A DNA stretch of 64,000 bases from Cyanophora paradoxa CCMP329 (GCA_004431415.1 QPMI01000510.1:128219-192218), one strand, 5' to 3'. Shown: positions 24,214 to 36,900, counted from the first letter of the stretch. Program-made: numbers and translations. Notes: generated by a model not told the origin, from the sequence alone.

Positions 24214-25533
24214 TCACTTGCGGCTCTCGAGATCGACCTTGAGGCGCAGCAGCGCGTGCTCCTTGTCGGCCACGCTGCGCTTGAGGCGCTCCAGCTCCGC
24301 GCGCAGCGTCGCGATCTCGTTGTCTGGGGCGCCCCGCGTCGGCCCCTCGCCGCCCGGCGCGGCGCGGCCCGGCCCGGCGGATCGGTCGCGCGTGCGCACC
24401 TTTCTGCCTCAGCACTGCGCCGGCGTCCGAGAGCGTGCGGCCGCCCTGCATGATGTCCTGGCGCAGCTGGCCGATGAGGTCGATCACGCGCGACAGGTCC
24501 GAGGAGGGCTGCGCCAGCGCCGGGCTCCGGAAGATGACCTCTCGGCGAACCATCTTGTGGCCCCAGCTCTCGTAGATTTGCATCTGCAGCGGCGCGCGAC
24601 GCGTGGGGTCGGCGAGGCGCAGCGCGTGCGGGCCAGGCCGCGGCGGCGGCGGAGGAGGGCGGGGGCGCCGATTTCACCTCGGAGCCGGAGTTGTCGAGGA
24701 CGCGGTCGTCGGTGAGCCCCTCCCAGCGCACGGCCCGCGTCGTCGGGTTGCGGACGATGTACTTGTACTTCACCCCGTTCAAATCGCCCCGAATGTACAC
24801 TTTCCTGCGCGACACGCGCTTAGGATGGAGCGATACGTTGCAAGAGCCCCGCGCGCGGGAGCACACCCGATCCTGTGCGACACGTAAGGGCGGCGGCAAA
24901 GCGCGGCGCGCGGCGCGCAGACGCACCAGAGGGGAAACAGGCCGGGCGCCGTCTCAAGCTGAAGCGATTTTGACGCATCCCAGCGGCCTGCGCGGGCGCG
25001 TTGGCGTTCGAAAGTGGTCCACGTGGGATGGCGACCGCGGGAGCGCACCGAGTTCGTCCGCCGAGCCGCAGACCGAAACAACATCGCCGAGGCTTGTTTC
25101 GGAGCACATCACGTGGAATGATAGGAGCACGCCGCCGCCAGTCGCGGCGGGCGTTACGGCGGTGCTCGCAGAAGTGGACCGGCCAACTGACATCGGGACC
25201 TGGGGCGCCGCGAACTGCATTTTATCTGGGCTAGTGGTCATGGGCACAATCTGTCTGGGCGGCGTGTAAATGCCCGCGGCCGCCAGAGGGGAATAACCGC
25301 CGATGCTCGTGTGCCCGCCAGGGGATGCGGAGTTGGCCACCATTATCGGCCTTGCGGACGATGCCGCGGCGTGCGCTGCTGCGTGCGGTGCTCGCTCTGC
25401 TGGCGAAGGCTCGGTCAGGTTGCAGATTCCGGGGTACACCCGCGAACGAACCGCAGCGCCGAACGATGTCGACGGCCGAGATGCACTTCGGGGCGCCTGT
25501 GGACGCTATCGTGTACGCGGCGAGCGGCAGCAT
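24214..25533 (-). CDS. CBM20 starch-binding domain protein with a C-terminal coiled coil; start uncertain
   Basis: LSFHVMCSETSLGDVVSVCGSADELG|xWDASKSLQL...FPLW, VKYKYIV...VRWEG..DR match CBM20, followed by EIATLRAELERLKRSVADKEHALLRLK...*. Confidence 0.8.
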
Positions 25534-25647
25534 CACAGCGGCGACGAGCCTGCTCACCGGGAACTACTGGTGCGGCGGCATGCCCGCGCCGTCCGGGGCG
25601 AGCCGCGCGTTAGCTATCGCTTCCGCTAGCGGGCCGGAATCGATTCG

Positions 25648-26975
25648 ATGCGATTCTGGACCCCTCGCCTCACCGCCCGTCGCGGCACCGCCGCTCGCGA
25701 TCGCAGGACCGGGCGCGTCGTCCAAGTGGAGAAGCTGGGCTCAGGCTCGGTAGACGATAGCAGCGCGCACAAGGTCCTCGATACATACAGCGGTGCGCCT
25801 CCGCGGCGGGCGAGCGGGCGCGGCGCTGAGCCGCTGCAGGCAACCCGGACTGCTGCTTGCTCGGGGCCAAGGGCGAGAAGGTCGCCGTGGGCACCGACGA
25901 CGGCTCTCTTTTGGTGCGCGCCGCGGCGCGTCTCCAACGCGCGCGGGTCGCCCGGGCGCGACGCGGCCTGCAGGTCTGGAGCCCCGCCGGCGGCTCGGAC
26001 CAGGCGACCAGCCTCGACGAGCACGGGGACACCGTTTCGGGCGTCTCCGCGCACCCCACAGAGCACACCTGCGTCGCTAGCTCCAGCTGGGACGGCACCG
26101 TCAAGATCTGGAACGTGGAGGGGAGCGGCTCCTCCTCCAAGACCCTCGTCGGCGCGCCTGCGCCCCGCCGGCCCGCCCCCGCACCCCTGTACCCCCTGAC
26201 CGCCCGCAGGCCACATCGGATTCGTGAATTGCGTGAAGTACGACCCCAAGGGGGCGTCCCTGGCATCCGGATCGCAGGTCCGTGCTCGGGCGCCGCTCGC
26301 CCTCCTCCCCCCCGGGCTCGCGCGATTGATGTATCCCCCACAGGACGGCACCGTGCGGCTGTGGGACGCCAAGGAGGGCCGCTGCACGAGGACGCTGTAC
26401 CCGGCGGCGGCGGGCGCGCGCTCCGTGGACCGGGTACCCATCTACGACCTCTCCTGGAGCCCCGACGCGAACGGTTCCCCCCCCTCCCCGCGCTCCCTCC
26501 CTCCCACCCTCCGCCGGCGCGAGCGGGGCGGGCGCAGGGGTGCTGGCGTGCGCGATGGACGACGGGTCGGTGGTGGTGCTGGACACGAGGGCGGGGGGCA
26601 AGGACGGGGCGCCCCGGCGCATCGCGCTGCACGCCCGCGCGGCGAGGCGGGTGGCCTTCTGCCCGCAGGACGCCTCCGTCCTCGCCTCCGCCTCGGACGA
26701 CTGGACCGCCGCCACCGCCTCCGCCGCCGACGGCAAAGTCAGGTGCCTTCTTCGCGCCCCCGCCCAGACGGACCCCGCCCGAAGATAAAGCTTCGCCCCG
26801 CGCGTGGGCGGGGCGGGGCGGGGCCGCGCCGCGGGGTGCTGAGGGGCGGGGCGGGGGCAGGAAGGTGGTGCGGCACGGGGACTGCGTGCGGGCGGTGGCG
26901 TGGCACCCGGGGCGCCGGGGCGTCCTGGCGACGGGCTCCTGGGACCGGACCGTACGCGAGCAGGAGGCCCTCTGA
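25648..26975 (+). CDS. WD40-repeat protein (resembles WDR77/MEP50 or PEX7; not resolved)
   Basis: EHGDTVSGV...SSSWDGTVKIWN, GHIGFVNCV...SGSQ|DGTVRLWD, HARAARRVAFCP...LASASDD and HGDCVRAVAWHP...TGSWDRTV. Confidence 0.85.
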
Positions 26976-27480
26976 GCCGCCCCCCGCCCGCCCCGCACCC
27001 CACGCCCCTCTCCTCTCTTAAGCTTCCCCCCCCCCCGCGCGGCCCGGCGCGCCGCTCCACCGCCCCCCGTGCCCCATGGCCAGCCCCGCAGCGAATCTAG
27101 CTATAGTGTAGTGCACTGCGTATACTGCCGCCGCGGAGTCTAGTGCAATGTACGAGAGCAGATGCGTCCGTCGCTTGAGGCAGCCGCGGCGCGGGTGGTG
27201 ATCTTGAGGCGTGGCGCTCCCAGCGGGGCCGGCGAGCCGCAGGACTCAAGGAGAGCTGAAGCGCCCTGCTGGCCTGCATAATTACGCATACGTATACGCA
27301 AAAGAAGAAGGAACGCGACTGTACATGTAGGGAGGAACGGGAAATTTAAAGGGAAGGAAGGGGCGTCAAGGTCGTCAAAGAAGCGGGTACGGGGGGTCGA
27401 AGAAGGGCGGAGAGAGGGCCCGAGGGGCTGAAGAGGGGGGCACGGGATTTGGAGGCGCGGGTGGGGTGCACGGGGAGGGC

Positions 27481-29554
27481 CTACGGGGCGGGGTCGGAGC
27501 CCGCCGCCGCCGCCGCCGCCGCCGCCGACGCCGCAAGAGACGCTGGCTGCGGCGCCGGCGCGAGAAGCGCCGCCGCCGCCGCCGCCGACGCCGGCGCCGG
27601 AGGAGCCGACGAGGGCGCCGGAGCGCCCTGCGGCGGCGCCGGCGTCGTCGTCGCCGCCGCCGCTTCGGGGGCCGGCGCGGCCGCAGCGGGCCGCGAGGCC
27701 GGCCGCGCCGCCTGCGCCTGCGCCGTACCCCCCCGGCCGGCCCGGCCGGCCGTACCCGCCTCGAGGTCGCCGGGGGCCATCTCGGAGAGGGTGCGCTGGC
27801 AGAGGGGGCAGACGGGGCGGACGAGGAGCCAGCGGTCCTGTGGGGCCCTCCTCGAGGCCCGAGGGGATCAAAAGGGCGCGGGGCGCGCACCGCGCAGCTG
27901 ACGTGGAAGAGGTGCTGGCACGGCAGCCGCCGCAGGTCGTCCCCCTGAGGCGCACCCCGTTCAGAGGGCTTCGTCGGGGACGTCTGGCGGGGGGTAGAGG
28001 GTAGAGGGGGGAGCACCTCGGCGTAGTCCTCCTGGCAGATGACTGAGGGAAGGAGAGGGGGGGCACCCGTCAGAGCCTTCAGGCGAGCGAGAAAGGCACG
28101 CTCGCGGGGCTCCAGGAAGGCGCGGGGCGGGGCGGGCGGGCGGGGCGGGGCGGGGCGGACCGCAGGTGGCGTCCTCGGGGGCAGGAGCCCCGGGGCGAAC
28201 TTGAGCGCCTCGAGGTGCGCCAGCTGCGCCCGCGCCCTCAGCGCCCCGCCCCCTGCCCCCTCGGCGCGGGCGGACCTGCGCCCGCGTCGCATCCCGCTCC
28301 CGCGCCGACGAGACCTCCGAGACCCTGGGGGCGGGGGGGGGGGGGGGGGGGGGGGGTCGGTTTCTGGCCGGGGTCGAAGCCCGGGCGCTGCCTCCGCGGG
28401 GCGGCGGGGGGACTCGCGCGTCTCTAGCGGGGCGCCGACGCGCCCGCGAGGCCCCTAAGACACTTCGGGGAACGGCGAAGAAGAGAGCGCAGGAAGGGGA
28501 GGCCCGACTCGCGAGGGCGCGGGGACCGTGGCGGGGGAGGAGGGGAGGGGGGGTACGGGGGCGGACCGGGACGCCCAGAGCAGCACGACGGGAAGGCAGC
28601 AGAGCATGCAGAGGAAGAGGGCCTGCGGGGGGGGAACAGGGGGGGTGGGGGCGTAGATTGAATCGAAACGGGGAGAGGGGGCGGGAGGGGCGGGCGGGGG
28701 TTGCGGACGAGAGGTACGGCGAAGGAGATGGCTTGGATGAGAATGAGCATGATGCACAGGTTGAACAAGAGCGGCGCCTCGCTCGCCTGCGCCGAAAACG
28801 AAAGCGGTCTTTGATCTGGCTGCCGGGCGGGGCGGGGCGGGGCGGGGCGGGTGCGCACGCAGTCGGCGCCCTTCATGACGTAGATGTTGCCCATGCAGAA
28901 CCTGGGGGGGTGCGCGGGGGGCCCCTCGGCGGGCGTGGCGGGCGTGGCGTGCCGCCTCGGGAGGGTGCGGACCAGAAAAAGTAGACGCTGCCGAATCCGC
29001 GGCGGAGGGCGAAGAGGCGGCGGAGGAGTACGTCGTTCTCGGCGATGTCCTGCACCCCGTGCGCGGTTCGACTGGGCGCGGGGGCGGGGTCGGGGGCGGC
29101 GGGGGCGGCGCGCGTCTTCGGTTCCTTCGAGCGCCATGGATCCGGTGCGGTAGTACGAAGCGACGGAGATCGAGAGGCCGGCGAGCTGCAGGAAGACGCG
29201 CACCACGAGCCACGTCCGCAGCGGCTGCCGCGGGGGACGGTCCGGCGCGCGTTCGAGCGCTGCGCTGGCGGGCGGCGGGGCGGAGAGCACCTGCGAGCAG
29301 TGCTGTCCCGTCTTGAGGGCGACGATCAGCACCCAGATCTGCGAGCGGGAGCGCGCTCAGCCGGACGACGCGCAATTGCATACGAGCGCCTCACCTGCGC
29401 GATGATCTCCACGCTGAGCGATACGACGTCGAAGAACGCGAATGCCGATAGGACGCGCGTCCTGTGGCGACGCGCGGGCTCAGCGGGCGCCGCGTCAACG
29501 CTGACAGCAGCTAGCCGCTGGACAGCTGGCCAGATCCCCGGCGCTCGAGGGCAT
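27481..29554 (-). CDS. Multi-pass transmembrane RING-H2 E3 ubiquitin ligase
   Basis: Several hydrophobic segments (PLRTWLVVRVFLQL, FFW|FCMGNIYV, APLLFNLCIMLILI, LCMLCCLPVVLL), then EDATC|VICQEDY..|LRRLPCQHLFHVSC..DRWL....CPLC (C3H2C3). Confidence 0.88.
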
Positions 29555-29805
29555 GCGAAGTGTGTGATCTAGAGCTCTCGCGCTTCGAGATCCCGCGCGC
29601 CCGGGGGTCCGTGTGCGCACCTCAAGAAATGAATCATGTTCGCCTGCGCGGCTGCGCCGGCGGCCCTCCCGCGGGGCGGTCGCGGCAGAAGTGGGGCTCT
29701 CTCCATCCCTTCAGGCTCCAGCTTGTCTGGGCGAGGCGGGCCAGCTGACCCCGCTGATCGACGACTGTACCCGGGAAAGCGGCAGCAGCCGGGCAGCTAG
29801 AGGCC

Positions 29806-31847
29806 ATGGAAAGCCGCACGGCGTTCTCTTTTGCGGCCGCGCCCTCCTCGAGATGCGCCTGGACGGCCTCGGCGCCCGCTTGCGCGCCGCTGGGATGCAT
29901 TGTGCACCACCGCCGCGGCGCGCGGCGGCGCCCGCCGCGGTCATGCCGTCACGATGGTGCACCCGACGTCCGATTCGGAGCGTCGGCCTTCGGCGGCCGG
30001 CGGTTGCTCTGCGCCGGTCTTGCGGCGTTCGGCCCCTTGACGGGCCGCAGGAGGCGCCCCGCAGTTCCGCAGACGCACGGCATCCGTGCCGAATTACCGC
30101 GCGAGAGCGTCGAGATTGCCCCGCCTGTCGCCGAGGAGCGCGAGGAGCGTGCCGGCGCGAGGCCGCCGCGGCGGAGCGCCGGCGCCGGCGGGGAGGAGCC
30201 TGCAGCCCCGGCCCCTGATTCACAGCTCTCGCTCGACGACACGCCGCGCGACGCCGACGGGGCGCCGGCGCCGCGGCCGGCGCCGAACTTCGGGGAGTTC
30301 GTCCCCTTCTGGCGCAAGGCTCCGAAGGTGCTCCGCCCCGGGGACCGCGTCTGGCCGGCGAAGCGCTCGCTCTACACCCACGGCGGCCTCGAGGTGCGCG
30401 CTCCGCTCCGCCGCGCGGCGCGCCCTTCTCAGACCGCATCGCGCCTGCGGCGCCGGCACGGCAGTACGAGATCGTCGACATGTACGCGCTGGCGCGCGGC
30501 CGGCGCGTGCCGGTCGCCAGCACGGAGGAGTACGAGCGCATGCGCTCCGACGGGAGCCGCGCCCCGCTCATCGTCGTGCGTGCATGCTTTCCGGGCCTCG
30601 GCGCTGCGCGGCCCCCGTGCCGCGCGCCGCCCGCTCCCTGGCCGGCCCGCCCGCTGATCCAGGACTCGCTTCGCGTGCGTAGGTTTTGTCCCCGCGCTAC
30701 GTCGGCGGCATTCAGATTCGAACCGTGCACGCCCCTTACGACCGTCTTGAGCTCCGGTGCCCGCGCCCTCCCCGCAGTTGTACCCCCCTTGACCGACCGG
30801 ACCGCGTTCTCGCAGCCTGCGCAACGAGGAGATCGGGTACTACCTCTCCTTGGGCGTCGCGGTGCGCCTCGAACGCGGACACGCCGCTGTACCCCCCCCT
30901 TCGGAGCTGATGCGGTACCCCCAGGTCTCCGTCTTCTGGCTCTCTACCCTCTTCTCCGTTCGAGAGTGCATTTCCGCGTACGGAATCTTCACGACGAGGT
31001 ACCCCACGCCTTCTCTCTCTTTGCTTATTTAATTCGACGTACCCCCGCAGCATGGTCCCGACGCTGCTTCCGGGAGACGCCGTCCTCGTCGACAAGGTGG
31101 CTTCCAGCTTTCACCCACACTCGGGCGACGCTCTCTTAATCACGTACCCCGCCGCGCAGATCTCGTATCGATTCCGGGACCCGAGGCGGGGGGAGATCGT
31201 GGCCTTCCGTCCCCCCCCGCGGCTGGCCGACCGAATGGAGCCGGCCACCCTCGGCTCGCGTGACGTCCTCGTCAAGGTCGGGCCGTACCCCCTGCCCCGC
31301 CCGATGCGTGCCCCAGCCCGGCCGCGACAAACGGCATCCGCAGCGGCTCGTTGGGGTACCCGGGGACGAGGTGGAGGTCCGGGGGGGTACCGTGTACGTG
31401 AACGGGGCGCCGGAGCCGAACCCGAAGGCCGAGCCCGCCGCGTACGAGATGGCGCCGGAGATCGTACCCCCCGGCCAGTACTTCGTGCGCGCCCTCCCCC
31501 GCCCTACCCCCTCACAATTCGCCCTCCGATCCACCCCCCCCCCCCCCCCCACCCACCCCCACCCCCTCCCCCACCTTCCCACCCCGCCCCGACCCCACCC
31601 CCACCCCCCGCCCTGCCCGCCCACCCGGCCCCCCGCCCCGCTCAGGTGCTGGGGGACAACGTGAACAGGAGCGTGGACTCGCACGTGTGGGGCCCCCTGC
31701 CCCGCTCGAAGCTCGTCGGGCGGGTGCGCGCGGAGTGGACGGCCTCCAGGGCCCCCGACTCTCTCCTCGCCTTCCTCGTTGACCCCCGCCGCGCAGGCCT
31801 GCGGGCGCTGGTGGCCCCTGCCCCGCCTCACCATCGGCGGCCTCTAG
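29806..31847 (+). CDS. Type I signal peptidase (S26), probable thylakoidal/plastid processing peptidase, with an N-terminal extension
   Basis: Catalytic Ser in T|SMVPTL and Lys in VK|RLVGVPGD, plus V|LGDNVNRSVDSHVWG and RWWPL; Ser/Ala/Arg-rich N-terminus containing TAF. Confidence 0.88.
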
Positions 31848-32496
31848 CCCGACGCTTGTACAGCGGTCTATCGATACGGCCCCTTGGTCGTTATAGATTT
31901 GTAAAGCTTAAGCGTTTAACGTTCAACGGTTTAGAATTTAGACCAGAATTCAAACTGAGTTGAGAGCCATATACTGCGGGGGATGACAATGGCAAGATCT
32001 GCCGCGCTTCTCCCCTGAGCCTAATTCGAGCCCAGTTTGGTTTTGAGCCGTAGGCATATAATAAATTTGAGCTCAAGGACAATTTGCAAGCACACTGTGA
32101 CGAAATTAAACTGCTTGAAACCAGATTACATGTGTGCAATTCGGATCCAACAATGCGCTACGTATACGCTGCTCGCTGTATAAGTAGCTATATAAAGAAT
32201 CCAGAATCCATATATATCTATATATATAGCTACACCACGGTCCACGGCCGCGGCACTTTCCGAAGCTATGAGCGTTCAAAACTTCGAATTCAGTTGCAAG
32301 AAAGCCAAGTACTAGTTCTAGATATCTCTAATTATGACGTATTCGCATCGAACTCGGAACAATTGCAAGTTGACAAAGCTTGGGCCTATTTTCGACGTCG
32401 ACGAATTTAATTAATATCATGGTGATGCGGGAGCTGCGCGTGCAGATGTCGCCGAGTCGATCGCGATCGCGACGTGTAAATCGAGGCTCCTCGCGG

Positions 32497-33983
32497 TCAA
32501 TTAAAGGACACCTGCGCCGGCGCATGCGCACGCGCGTCGATGTCGGCCAACGACTCTTCTTTGCGTGTGCACGCGAAAGCATGGCGTACCGTGACGTTGT
32601 CTGGGGAGGCCAGAAGCGGGGGCGGAGGGGGCGGCGTCGGGCGGGAGTTGGGAGCGTAGACGACGGCCGGGGGCGGGGGCCCCGAAGGAGGGGGCGGCCT
32701 GGAGTAGGCGCCCTGCGCGGGGCTGGCGCCCTGGCGGCCGACGCTCGAGCTGAACGAGCCGTACTTGGCGCCTGGCTGCTGGCCGTAGCCCTGGCCCTGG
32801 TACTGCGGAACGGCTGCGACGGGCACGCGAGAGGGCGTCAGCACGGGGGCGAAGCCGCGTGCCTTTTTAATAAGAAGATCAGCGCCGCACCGGGCAGCAC
32901 GGTCGCGTCGCCGTCACTGCCATACTCGCCGCCGCTGCCGTACTCGCCCCCGCTGCCGTACTCGCCGCCGCTGCCGTACTCGTACGCGCCCCCGTTGTGT
33001 CCACCGTAGTGTCCACCGCTCTGAGGTTTGGAACAAGACGGGGCCGCGATCAGAGTTCGACCCGCGGGCGCCCAGGCAGCTGAGATCTATAGCTAGACAG
33101 CAGATGCGAATCAAGCACGGGCCGCACGCACCCTGGGAGTGTAGCCCCCGCGCGCGGAGGCGCTCATGGTCACGGCATGCGGAGCCGCCGCCGGCGTAGC
33201 CCGCTGGCCATGGCGCCCTCCCTGGGTGCCGGTACTCTCGACCGGCATGTCCGTGACGGTGATCGAGGTCGATGTTCCGGGAAGCGTGTTGATGAGGCGG
33301 CCGTCCTGCAGGATCTCGTACTCTTTCGGGATGACCTCCTTCTTGACTGTCCGAGTCTCTTGCGGCTGTGACGCCGGCGCGCTGAGTGGCACGTGTTCGA
33401 TCGACTTCCCGTGATTCCACGAGAGGGTGCCCGCGTTGCCGCCCATGATGTTCGGCGAGACGCCGGTGAGCTGCAGGTTGCCAGGGAACGGCAGCGGCTT
33501 CGGGGGCTCGGTTCCCGACGCCGGGGCGTAGGGCGAGTTGAACGGAAGGAGCGTCACGTGCGGGCTGCACGCGCCAGCGACGGCGCCCGAGGCGGTCAGG
33601 GGCTCGACGGCGAAGACGGCGCGAACTCCCGGGATGAGTTTCGTCACGGTGTGGGCGTTGAAGGGCGCGCCCGTCGCGTTCACCACCTCGAGGACGCGCC
33701 CGTTCAGCGCGATCGCGAACCTGCGCATGCCCGCAAGCGTCAGACCGAGGGGCGCTGCCGCGGATCGACGTCGCCCGCGAGACGGGTCGGCGCACGCGGC
33801 ATAGGTGCGGAGCGTGTCCTCCGGCGTGATCCAGCGCAGGACGGCCCCGGCGCCGTCCGAGGCAGGGAGGACGGTGAGGGTGATGCCGGAGGTGGAGTCG
33901 TTGGGGATGCCGGCGGCGAGCGGGGGCGAGGCGCAGTTCGCGGCGCCGAACTCGTTCGGGCCGGTCGGCACGACGGTGTAGCT
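32497..33983 (-). CDS. Fibronectin type III-like repeat protein with a Gly/Pro/Tyr-rich tail; apparently 5'-truncated or fused at 33984
   Basis: AVLRW..P...Y|RFAI..NG...TVTKLIPG....FAVEP and NLQLTGV....TLSW...YEILQDG...TSITVTD match FN3 strand patterns; terminal exon VSFN*. Confidence 0.6.
32917..32981 (-). repeat. 18-bp coding tandem repeat, (EYGSGG) x ~4
   Basis: The unit ctgccgtactcgccgccg is repeated on the + strand. Confidence 0.8.
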
Positions 33984-33999
33984 TGTTAGAGTGTGGGGG

Positions 34000-36900
34000 G
34001 GCGGACGTGACTTCAGACTCTTCCCCTTCAGCTGCTCTCCCAACGCCGACAAGGAAGACTGCGCCTGGCCGTCGAACTTCGGAGGCGGGGGCAGATAATT
34101 CTTCCGCAGTTTTTGCTGCAGTTGCGCTGCGCGTGCGTTATAATTATTCGAATTCGTAACGTCAATTGCAATTTCATTATGAGCATATATATATATATAG
34201 CGACTGCTAACCAGACATGCCGGCGCGATTGTAGCTTGCCTTGACATTTCCTGTTCCCGCTTCAGAACGCACCTGAGGAAATAGAGGTCAGATATCGATT
34301 ATATGTACTTGTGATTTAATTGCAATTGTATGCAAAAAAGAGGCACCTGGAAGCCAGTGGAGTCTGTTTTTTCCTGTGTCTCTGAAGAAATGCATCGACA
34401 GCGTCATGATCAGTGCTAAGGTAACTACCGGCGATATCGATCGAATCAACCATCGAACCGGAGTAGTACATAAATATCCCGCCAGGGGCCTGCACGCGCG
34501 TGATCTCGTGAGCAGCTGCAGAGAGCATTGCAGCATTTTATATTTGCAGGATCTTGACAGCCCCGGCAGTGCTGGCCGGTGTTTAAAGACAGCGACCGAC
34601 AATTTGATATGCCAACGCGGCCAATCCAGTTTTGAGCTACAGGCCCATTCCGCGCTACACCTAGCAAGAGGCAAACGTGCACGTGCCTGCATCATGGGAG
34701 GCTTGACATACTCTCCGGTGACCGATCGCCCCGTCTCCATGATCCAGCGGTCGATCGCCTGCTCAGTGCCGCGTCGACGTCGCGCGCGTACAAGCCGCCC
34801 CGCAGCGTGCGCGTTCGCGCAGACCTGCTTCAGGCTCTCCACCTCGTCTCCGAAAACGCGGACTGCACGCCACGCGTCATGATCATCGTATACCAGTATG
34901 ACAGTTGCAGGTGCAGCGGCTATCAATCGCGAGTAACTTCAACTACTTTGAGGTCGTCGCGGAGCTTTTCAACTCAAGATGGAGCACGAGCAAGCTTTGC
35001 GATCGAGGACACGGGCCGGGGCGCACCCTTCCACTCGTTGTCCTCTTCGGGGTTGGGAGTCTGGTGGCTCGCCAGCTTGAGGAAGTACTTGAAGTCGAGA
35101 AAATAATTGTACTCTGCGTGCGTTCGCGCGATTAACGTCAAAGCGAGCACACATTTGCGAGCACACCAAAATTAAACTCACCGAACTTTTTCTTCTCCTC
35201 CTTTTCCTTCTTGTTCCTCTTGCCCTTTTTGTCGTCCTCATCCAGGTCATCATCTTCGTCATAGTCCTCATCCTGCCGACAGGGAAGCAGTGAGCTTATA
35301 AATTAGAATATATATATCGTCGGCCTCTAAACGTTGTTGAAGTTCTAGCGTCGCGGCTCGCGTTCGAGCGTACGCACGATCTTCTGCTTGCGACCCTTGC
35401 AGCACGGACAGCCTCGTAGGCACTTGCACGAGGCAGCGTTCTTGCACGCTTTGACGCACGGCTTACAGGGGTCGCAGCAACCGGAGCAGACTTCGCCGCA
35501 GTCGCAGGTGAGCGCCTGCATGAAGGCAGCGTGCGAGAGTTAGTCGTCGAATTCGAAGCGAATGAATTCGAAGAGTTGCATAACAACGCACATAGCAGCA
35601 TCTGATGCCGGTCACGCAAGGAATGAAGCAGCAAGCGCCAGCTCCGCGCGGCTTCTGTGCGATCCCATGCCCAAGGCGCATCAGCGCATGCAAGGATTAC
35701 CATGAACTAATCAAATGATTCCTAGATCTTACATTCTTCTTGCCGGGCTTCCCCTCCAAGGCCTCCTTCAACCCCGAGAAGAGAGGAAGGCTCGTCAGTC
35801 TGACCGAATGCATGAGCCGTGGGAGTCATGATCATGATTATGCGTGCGGAGCAAGCCTGGCTGTTCTTACCCGGTGTATTTCGCCATCGAGAAGCCGGGG
35901 AAGAAAGCTGACAGCCTGGAGACCTTCGCCTCGCCCGCGTTCAAGCGCTTGACAGTGTACTGAACGACGTCGACATCCTTCCGCCAGATCGTGTTCGACT
36001 CCTGCGTACACGCATCGAGCCAAAACATTCAATGTCGAATCGATATTTCTCGTTAATTTAAAAGCGTTGGGGGGGAGCACTGCGTACCTTGGAGTCTGAC
36101 TGCTCGTTCCAGATAATAAGAATAGCTCGCAGCGTCGTGAAAATCACGCGGTCCACTGCAGAAATTGGTCAAACTCGGTACTAAAGTCCGCCGTTCTAGA
36201 AGTGAAGAGCGCACTGTCGAAGGGAACTCGATTCTCGAGGTCGAACGGGCGCTCGACGTAGCCTGCCGCTTCCTTCCTTTTGATGGTTCTCGACTCCACA
36301 AACTTCGAGTACTGCGCATATGCACGATAGCTAAGTATAAGCTATCGACTCGCGATCGTATAATCGACGAACAGCAACGTCAACCGACCTTTGTTTCTGC
36401 AGTGTGACCCGCGACGTACCTGGGAGGCGAAATCATTTCAGCACATAATTAGTACTAACGCAGGACGTGGAACAGCTACTTAGGGCAGCAGTATGGCCAG
36501 AAGACACAGCGATTCCAGAAGCAGGTGCAGCCGTCCGGTGGCTGGGCGATCGCAAAGTTAGTATATGCAGTTTGAGCAGACATGAAAATGGATAGCTTTA
36601 AAGATGAAAAAAGGCACGCTAGCGCACGAAGCAGCAGCATTGGCAGCCCTCGCACTTTCCACGTTTGCCTCCGGGTCCCTTCTTGCAGCATGAACATTCA
36701 CCACACTTCATTTTGTGGCCTGAATTCGAAGGTCACATGCGTGTTCTCTAGTTATAGAAATGTTTTAAAACGAGCAATCGAATTATTCCAGCAGCTCACA
36801 TTCGCATTTCCACTGGGGACACATGCACATGATGTCTCCGCCTGCTCAATTGCAAAAAAGCGTAATATTAATGTGAGATTAAGCTCGTCCATCCGTATTT

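Noticed and set aside
1283-31900. Many long Pro/Arg/Gly/Ala-rich ORFs in the six-frame track (e.g. 14053-15342 +, 7940-9265 +, 25670-26998 -)
   Set aside because: Explained by stop-codon scarcity in very GC-rich DNA, read-through of introns, and antisense shadows of the spliced genes.
34470-34530. EITRVQAPGGIF resembling the methyltransferase 'RVLKPGG' motif
   Set aside because: A single short match with no motif I upstream; insufficient evidence.
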